Assembly: GCA_040767085.1 (NCBI GenBank)
Contig: JAXGPF010000003.1
Coordinates: 448,001-512,000 of the forward strand
Length of the DNA: 64,000 nucleotides
Origin: Kiritimatiellia bacterium
Lineage (GTDB): Bacteria > Verrucomicrobiota > Kiritimatiellia > JAAZAB01
Direction of reading: 5' to 3'
Shown: one piece after another, positions 58,382-64,000 of the stretch
How positions within the stretch are numbered: position 1 is the stretch's first letter
How the letters are laid out: each line of letters begins with the position of its first letter
The notes under the pieces: model-generated
Told to the model about the DNA's origin: nothing
The model's input: the letters and a program-made list of their open reading frames with translations, nothing else
Databases searched by the model: none
Position numbers and translations under genes: made by a program

Positions 58382-59703
58382 GGCAAATCAACTTCAACTT
58401 TGTAGACCCGCACCCGGCCAGGCGGAGTATTGGTATCCGTTAAGGTCGTCACATTGTCGGCGCCAGGTTCAAGCCCGGTCGCGGGCTCCCATGGTCCGCC
58501 GCCCGGCAGGAGCTGATTGCGGGAAAACAAGCGGTAGCTGCGCCCGGCCGAGGTGTCACCCACCTGCACCTGTTTTCCCCCGCCATTCACGGCAATACCG
58601 GCTATGCGCACATACGACTGCCCATCCAGCGGTTTGGTGTCCGCTACATATTCCTGCAGGTTGGAAAACCCGTCGCCATCCGCATCGGCATCCGGCACGC
58701 CATTGGTATAACCGCCGAACCAGGTCTCCTCCCAGGCATCCGGCAAACCGTTGGCATTGGAATCCAGCGGTTTCGGCGGATTGCTCACCGCGCGACGGTC
58801 ATACCAGGTCAGCGCCGGCAAGGCCGGATTGGCGACCAGCACATCGACGGTCTTGCGCGGCGGCAACATGACGCTGTACTGCCATTTTCGGAACGCGTAA
58901 GGGAACCCGTCCTCGGCCACGATCTGGCCATAGGCGTTAGCAAGCACGGGCATGCGGAGCCGGGACCCCGCATTGATCATGCGGAACAGCACCCGTTCGC
59001 CATCCGCCGCCGCGGTTGTCCAGACGCCATTGGTGCGGTCCTCGCCGTTCAACAGGTAATACCCGGCCTGGTAGTCCATCGTGCTGGAAACCATCCGGCC
59101 GGGGCCGAAGTTGTCATGGGAAACCGCTTGCGTGAGCCGCGGTTCGATTTCGGAATAGAACAGCAAAACCGCGCGGTCATACACCACGTTCGAATAGGCC
59201 TGCCCGGGCTGATAATCTTGAATCACCGCGCCGTAAAGGCCCATGGAGCATTGGACGGCCGGATGGGACCCGCTGTGATACAAATATGTCCCGGGCCGGA
59301 TGCCGGTCCAGACGTAATCCACCGGAGCGTTATTGCCTGGCGCCGTTTCCAGCGCATAAGCGACCGCCCGGCCGGCGCCGTTGCGCACCGGCGCCTGACC
59401 GGTAGCCAGGGGTTGGCCCGGAATCACCAGCGAAACGGGCTCCGGCAGATCGTTATCCAGGTGGATGGTCAAAACCGTGTCGCCCGGGGGCACCGTTAAA
59501 ACCGGGCCTGGCACGGTTACGGCGCCATCCCGGCTGGCAAAACCGGTATCCCGCGCAAATCCCCATTGCGCCATCCGCCCGCCGTTGTTGGGGAGCGCAT
59601 TGGTCACCGGCGCCGCCCGTAGAAAAAATTCCGCACCTTGAACGGATGCCGCCATCCCGAGCATCAGGACTGCGCCCCATCCGCCGCTGAGTATGTTTTT
59701 CAT
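58378..59703 (-). CDS. Exported two-domain cupredoxin protein lacking the copper motifs, with C-terminal DxDGDG/sorting-like domain (subunit C)
   Basis: Signal peptide, WGF...VPGPVL, PVSLVIPG, PGTYLYHSG...MGLYG, YYLLNG, LFRMINAG; tail DSNANGLPDAWE...DADGDGFSNLQEY. Confidence 0.8.
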   Translation of the reverse strand: MKNILSGGWGAVLMLGMAASVQGAEFFLRAAPVTNALPNNGGRMAQWGFARDTGFASRDGAVTVPGPVLTVPPGDTVLTIHLDNDLPEPVSLVIPGQPLATGQAPVRNGAGRAVAYALETAPGNNAPVDYVWTGIRPGTYLYHSGSHPAVQCSMGLYGAVIQDYQPGQAYSNVVYDRAVLLFYSEIEPRLTQAVSHDNFGPGRMVSSTMDYQAGYYLLNGEDRTNGVWTTAAADGERVLFRMINAGSRLRMPVLANAYGQIVAEDGFPYAFRKWQYSVMLPPRKTVDVLVANPALPALTWYDRRAVSNPPKPLDSNANGLPDAWEETWFGGYTNGVPDADADGDGFSNLQEYVADTKPLDGQSYVRIAGIAVNGGGKQVQVGDTSAGRSYRLFSRNQLLPGGGPWEPATGLEPGADNVTTLTDTNTPPGRVRVYKVEVDLP

Positions 59704-59758
59704 TAAAGTCCATCCTTCCTGATATTTTCCTGGCAACATTAAATTGCACCGCACCGCA

Positions 59759-61042
59759 TTAATGCATGGGCATACTGTTGGTTGTGGGCGGCATTACCAT
59801 CATCATGGTTGACATGCCGCCGGGGAACACATTGTTGTTCACGATCTCTTTTTCGTTGTGCGAATGCCACATGAACATGAAGGCGCCGTGCGGGTTAAGC
59901 CCTTCGTGGGCGGGCGGCAGCATGCCCATCCCCCCCAGGAAAGGACTGCCGCTATAATGCCCGCCGTAGGTCAAGTCCATGTCGCTCGGCAGGATGACGG
60001 GAAACGGCTTGCCGTGATCGGGGGCATATTCATGGGGCTGCATGGGCTCGTTGGTGCTGGTATGCCCGTAAATATCCCATCCCAATTTGGCGCCGGTCCA
60101 CTCGAAAACCGCATCCGTCGTCTGCCCGGGCGCCACGGTAATCGTGAATTCCGATCCGGCCAGATCCGGCCCGGAAACTCCCGGCTGGCTTTCCAGCATA
60201 CGCCCGTCACGCGCCAGGATGGCGGCATTATTCCCATGGAAATGGAAGGGGTGCGCATCACGGCCGGCGCCCACCAGCCGCATGAGGAGTTTTTCGCCCG
60301 GCAGCATTGCGGGTTGGCAATCATAGGGCTGGTGCGGCAGCCACGGCGCGAACGCCGGCAGCATGGTGTCCGGCGAGCAGCGTCCATTGATAAACCAATA
60401 CACGGGCCAGAAAGCCGTCATATCCGCCCGGGCCGGCCGGCCCGCTTCGATCGCCGCATGCACATCGGGATCAATCTCGGTCAGCAAGAACAGATATTCC
60501 TGGTCGAAAACGGTAGCCGCATGGTCATACGCCTGCGTACTCACGGCCGGCCGAACGATCAAAGCGCCGACTAAGCCCATCTCGACCTGCAGGTCCTGGC
60601 GCGTTCCGCTCTGGTAAAGATAGGTTCCGGGCTGGTGGGCCGTGAAATGGTATGATACCGTGCCGCCATTCGGTGGCGCTTCCCGGGTCAGGGCGCCGGC
60701 CGCTCCGCCCGCCGCGGTGACGCCGACCTGCCCGGGGAAAACCATGGACACGGGCGTCGTCAAGGTGTTGCGCAGATTGATTTGGACGCTGGCGCCCTGG
60801 CGCACGATCAGGGTCGGGCCGGGATATTGCATGGCGCCGGATCCGACCGCAAACCCCCACATGTAAATCGAAGCGCCGTCGGGCGTCAGGATATGCCCGT
60901 CGCGGGCCGTCAGTTCAACCACGCCGCCATCGGCCACCGCCAGGCCGTCAATCCAATGCCGCGCGGCGGAGGCCGGGTTGAGGGCGAGTGCCAGCAGCCC
61001 TGCCGTGCAGATCGCCAAATGCGCTGTTTGGTTATATCTCAT
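59759..61042 (-). CDS. Exported two-domain multicopper oxidase-like protein with Cu ligands only in domain 2 (subunit B)
   Basis: Signal peptide, PGPTLIV; domain 1 degenerate (PVSMVFPG, YLYQSG); domain 2 has HPFHFHG and WHSHNEKE. Confidence 0.85.
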   Translation of the reverse strand: MRYNQTAHLAICTAGLLALALNPASAARHWIDGLAVADGGVVELTARDGHILTPDGASIYMWGFAVGSGAMQYPGPTLIVRQGASVQINLRNTLTTPVSMVFPGQVGVTAAGGAAGALTREAPPNGGTVSYHFTAHQPGTYLYQSGTRQDLQVEMGLVGALIVRPAVSTQAYDHAATVFDQEYLFLLTEIDPDVHAAIEAGRPARADMTAFWPVYWFINGRCSPDTMLPAFAPWLPHQPYDCQPAMLPGEKLLMRLVGAGRDAHPFHFHGNNAAILARDGRMLESQPGVSGPDLAGSEFTITVAPGQTTDAVFEWTGAKLGWDIYGHTSTNEPMQPHEYAPDHGKPFPVILPSDMDLTYGGHYSGSPFLGGMGMLPPAHEGLNPHGAFMFMWHSHNEKEIVNNNVFPGGMSTMMMVMPPTTNSMPMH

Positions 61043-61131
61043 CTCGCGTTTCCTTCCTTATGGCCTGATTATACCGCCCGCCGCCGCCCATCCACGGACC
61101 GGGTAAGTTCGGGATGCAAGGCGTTGGGCAA

Positions 61132-63654
61132 TCACTGAATCACTATCTCGGTCATCATTCCGCCGTAATCTTCCGCCCCGTTGCAAAGGTCTTCCACGTC
61201 GGTGGAATACAACATATAGGTTCCAACCGGCACCCCGGCTGTGTCCAGGATGGCATCACAGGCTTCGCCGCCGCCCAAAGTGACCGACATGGTCCGGTAA
61301 TAGAGGTTGGCGCCGAGCAGCGGCCCGGCGCCATCCGGGTCGGAACCGCGCAGCAGCCGGGCGGAGCGGCCGACGACGAGCATGGGCAGGCCGAGCACCG
61401 TTACGGTATGATACTTGACGGTATCCAGGCTCGAGAGCCGCAGCAGGATTTTCTGGCCTTGTTTGGCGACAATCAAGGCCGGCAGCTTTTGGGCGTCAAA
61501 GCCATTGACATTGGCGATATAACCCGGGTTGATGGTGTCCGGATACCCGCGTCCGTTGATCCAGGGATAATCGTCCTTCATCATGGAAAACGACAACGGC
61601 TGGACGTCGATGCTCTGGTCGTGAAATCTGCTGTCGAACCCGCCGAGTTGCAGGAGGTAATCGACGTCGTAATGCGTTGACCCGTCGCCGTCGTTATACG
61701 CATACCGGTACCCGTTGGAATGGACGAAGCCGCCGCCCAGCACGGTTCCGTCGGGCAGGTTGTTTTGAATCGGATCCACGGACACATTTCCCAGCATCCC
61801 CATTTGCATATGTTCGGTGGCTTCCACGTGGCAGTGGTACATGAACGTGCCGGGCTCAACGATCTCATAGTAATACGTCAGCGTGCCGCCCATGTTGATG
61901 GCGATGGACCCCATCGGCTCGCCGTCAAAGATCGTCGCCGCATTGGGGAAGCCATGGAAGTGCACGGTATGCGGATCGAACAAGTCGGGACGCATCAGCA
62001 TGCCCACGTTGCTCAGGCGCAGGAAGACGCGCTGCCCTTCCTTGAACCGCAGGGTCGGCCCGGATAATTCCGCCGCCAGCATGCCGGCCATCATTTTCCG
62101 GTCCGGCGGGATGCCGGTAAGGTCCGAGAAACCGAAGCAATAGAAATCGCGTCCGTCGCCGCCCTTGATAAATCCATCGCCCGCCCCCAGGTGAACGTTG
62201 ACATAGTCGTTGCTGACGTTGCCGTCGCCGTCCGTGTCAATGCCGTCCAGGTCAGGCACGTAATCGGCCGGGACGCCGAAATATGCGCTGCTCACGTAAT
62301 TACCCACCGCCGCCCCGACAACCAGGCCATTGCTGTTGCCGAACGAGAAATGTATCCCGGCCCAGAGCCGGGAATCGGCGGCTTCCCGCGCCGCCTGCCC
62401 AAAACCGGTATACATCCGGTTGGTGGACATCATGTTGTAAGGCCGGACGGTAAACGCCATGGCATCCGTGCCGAAAAAATTTGACAACACGGCGGCCGCC
62501 GCCGCGCTGAAAAGGCTGTGCGCCGACACGTACTCGGGAAAACGGGGCGTATTGGTGACATACGGAACCCAGTTGGCATCGGCCGCGGTCAAAGGATTGC
62601 CGTCGGTTTCGGCCGCCCGGATTGCCGTAATGGGCCGCCAGGCGTTGTAATGGTATTTGGCGTCCCAGGCGCTGATGCCGGCGTCCGCCAAAGCCACATT
62701 GAGCTGCGCAAACAGGCGCGCGCTATCGGCCAGCCCCAGATTGGTGGCAACCGACCGGGCGATTTCATTCCACCGCCCGACAGTCGTCGCCGTCCCGGGC
62801 ATATCCACCCAGAACCAGACGATTTTGGGCTGCTCGGCATTGGTCCAGACCACGTTGGTCGAATACTGCCTGACTTCTTCCAGGGCGGCGGCATACTCGG
62901 CGCCCGCCAGCGGCGGCGGCGGCGGCGGGCGGAATTGGCCGCCACCCGTCATGGCAAACGGCATGACCATGGCCCAGTGGGGCATCATGGCCGGCTGATA
63001 GTCCGGGAAAGTCGGCTGCCAATCCCCGGCGTTGGTGCCCGGAACATAGGGCGTCATATTGGTGGACATCGCGGACATGTCATCCGCCCGCATGGCCACG
63101 ATTTGCCGGCCCACGTAGTTTCCGAGCACCATCCCGTTGGTACGGGCCTGGGCATCCGGCTCCGCCGCCAGCGAGGCGGCCAGGGCGGCGTCCAGGGCCG
63201 CGATGTTGTTGGTATAGAGCGCGGTCAGGACGGCATGCGCGGCGGCGGCGGCGGCGGCCGGGGTGGAACAAGGTTGCCGGGGGGTGACCGACACCATGTA
63301 GGCCGCGCGCGACCGGTCAATGGAATTGACCGCATCATACATGGCGGCATGGGTCATGGCCAGCGACCGGGACGCCGTAATGGCCATCTGTTGATTGCCG
63401 GCAATCAGCGACACCGCGATGACATTCCAGTTCGAGACCACATCCGCGCCAGCCGCGGTTACCAGCATTCCGGCCGCTACGGCCATGCGCGCCAGCCTGG
63501 CGGCGGGCGTTGCTGAAACACGCGCCTGGACAGGCGCGCGCCACACGCGTCCGAACCGCCGCCCTGCCCCGCGGCCGGCAGCAGGCGCCGGCCAGACATG
63601 CTTTAAAATACCGCTAACGGCATTGCGCGTGTGCATATTCATCCCTATGTTCAT
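61132..63654 (-). CDS. Fusion of a vanadium haloperoxidase/PAP2 domain and a two-domain multicopper oxidase (subunit A)
   Basis: DVVSNWN, AMYDAVN, KYHYNAWRP, FPEYVSAHS, SRLWAGIHF; linker DTDGDG; then HTVHFHG and YHCHVEATEHMQMGM; GGAGG SD upstream. Confidence 0.85.
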   Translation of the reverse strand: MNIGMNMHTRNAVSGILKHVWPAPAAGRGAGRRFGRVWRAPVQARVSATPAARLARMAVAAGMLVTAAGADVVSNWNVIAVSLIAGNQQMAITASRSLAMTHAAMYDAVNSIDRSRAAYMVSVTPRQPCSTPAAAAAAAHAVLTALYTNNIAALDAALAASLAAEPDAQARTNGMVLGNYVGRQIVAMRADDMSAMSTNMTPYVPGTNAGDWQPTFPDYQPAMMPHWAMVMPFAMTGGGQFRPPPPPPLAGAEYAAALEEVRQYSTNVVWTNAEQPKIVWFWVDMPGTATTVGRWNEIARSVATNLGLADSARLFAQLNVALADAGISAWDAKYHYNAWRPITAIRAAETDGNPLTAADANWVPYVTNTPRFPEYVSAHSLFSAAAAAVLSNFFGTDAMAFTVRPYNMMSTNRMYTGFGQAAREAADSRLWAGIHFSFGNSNGLVVGAAVGNYVSSAYFGVPADYVPDLDGIDTDGDGNVSNDYVNVHLGAGDGFIKGGDGRDFYCFGFSDLTGIPPDRKMMAGMLAAELSGPTLRFKEGQRVFLRLSNVGMLMRPDLFDPHTVHFHGFPNAATIFDGEPMGSIAINMGGTLTYYYEIVEPGTFMYHCHVEATEHMQMGMLGNVSVDPIQNNLPDGTVLGGGFVHSNGYRYAYNDGDGSTHYDVDYLLQLGGFDSRFHDQSIDVQPLSFSMMKDDYPWINGRGYPDTINPGYIANVNGFDAQKLPALIVAKQGQKILLRLSSLDTVKYHTVTVLGLPMLVVGRSARLLRGSDPDGAGPLLGANLYYRTMSVTLGGGEACDAILDTAGVPVGTYMLYSTDVEDLCNGAEDYGGMMTEIVIQ

Positions 63655-64000
63655 GGATTAACCTCCGCGTTTTCGGATTGATCCAATTCGATCCGATAAA
63701 ACAGCCGATCCGGCAAATCCGGAAGATTGTCCACCCGGTTCAACGGTTGGTCGGCCGGCAAATGTTCCATGACGGGTACATAGCCGCCGCTCTCGATATC
63801 CGCGGTACGGGTGATATCATACGCCTTGCCCCAGACACTTTGCCATTGGAGCCGGATACCATCCCCCCCGCGCTCAACGGCGGTAATCCGCAGCAGCGAT
63901 TCCGCGTCGCGCGGATCGGTTCCGGCATAATATTCATCCAGGTCGCGGAATCCGTCGCCATCCGCGTCCGAGACAGCCGTCACGACAAGCCCGAACGCTC
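63651..64000 (-). CDS. 3' end of an exported protein with a DxDGDG/sorting-like C-terminal domain (5' part outside the window)
   Basis: DADGDGFRDLDEYYAGTDPRDAESLLRI...LQWQSVWGKAYDI...FYRI; frame open to the window edge; ATGA overlap with the next gene. Confidence 0.75.
   Translation of the reverse strand, partial: AFGLVVTAVSDADGDGFRDLDEYYAGTDPRDAESLLRITAVERGGDGIRLQWQSVWGKAYDITRTADIESGGYVPVMEHLPADQPLNRVDNLPDLPDRLFYRIELDQSENAEVNP

Overview
High-GC bacterial chromosome segment. It is probably from a PVC-superphylum organism of the Kiritimatiellae/Verrucomicrobia type; this is an inference from DxDGDG...EY-type C-terminal domains, TN-rich exported proteins and the intergenic repeat families. Core blocks are rpsB-tsf, hisD-hisC-hisB-hisA, mreBCD-mrdA-rodA-rng-lptD and a kinase/GlmU-like/glmM operon. 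Two lower-GC accessory islands interrupt the backbone. Island 1 (about 7.7-17.2 kb) holds an integrase-less integron fragment (attI-like site, one complete cassette, a canonical attC, a truncated second cassette), then a type IIG-like RM enzyme, an MNT-HEPN toxin-antitoxin pair, a PLD-SNF2 helicase and an Hsp70 gene stub. Island 2 (about 27.6-35.3 kb) holds a highly structured non-coding segment, a frameshifted IS1202/ISNCY-type element that has removed the 5' end of the patatin effector of an E2-only (short type II) CBASS, and an orphan HsdR plus YgjP-type peptidase. An intact ISL3 with an 8-bp target duplication has rewritten the last codons of a hydrolase. The most unusual system is at the right end: three consecutive exported two-domain multicopper-oxidase-like genes whose copper ligands are complementary. 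Together they supply exactly one T1 site and one trinuclear cluster, suggesting a heterotrimer, and the T1-bearing subunit is fused to a vanadium-haloperoxidase/PAP2 domain. I found no rRNA, tRNA or CRISPR array. All calls come from manual motif reading; no database search was run.
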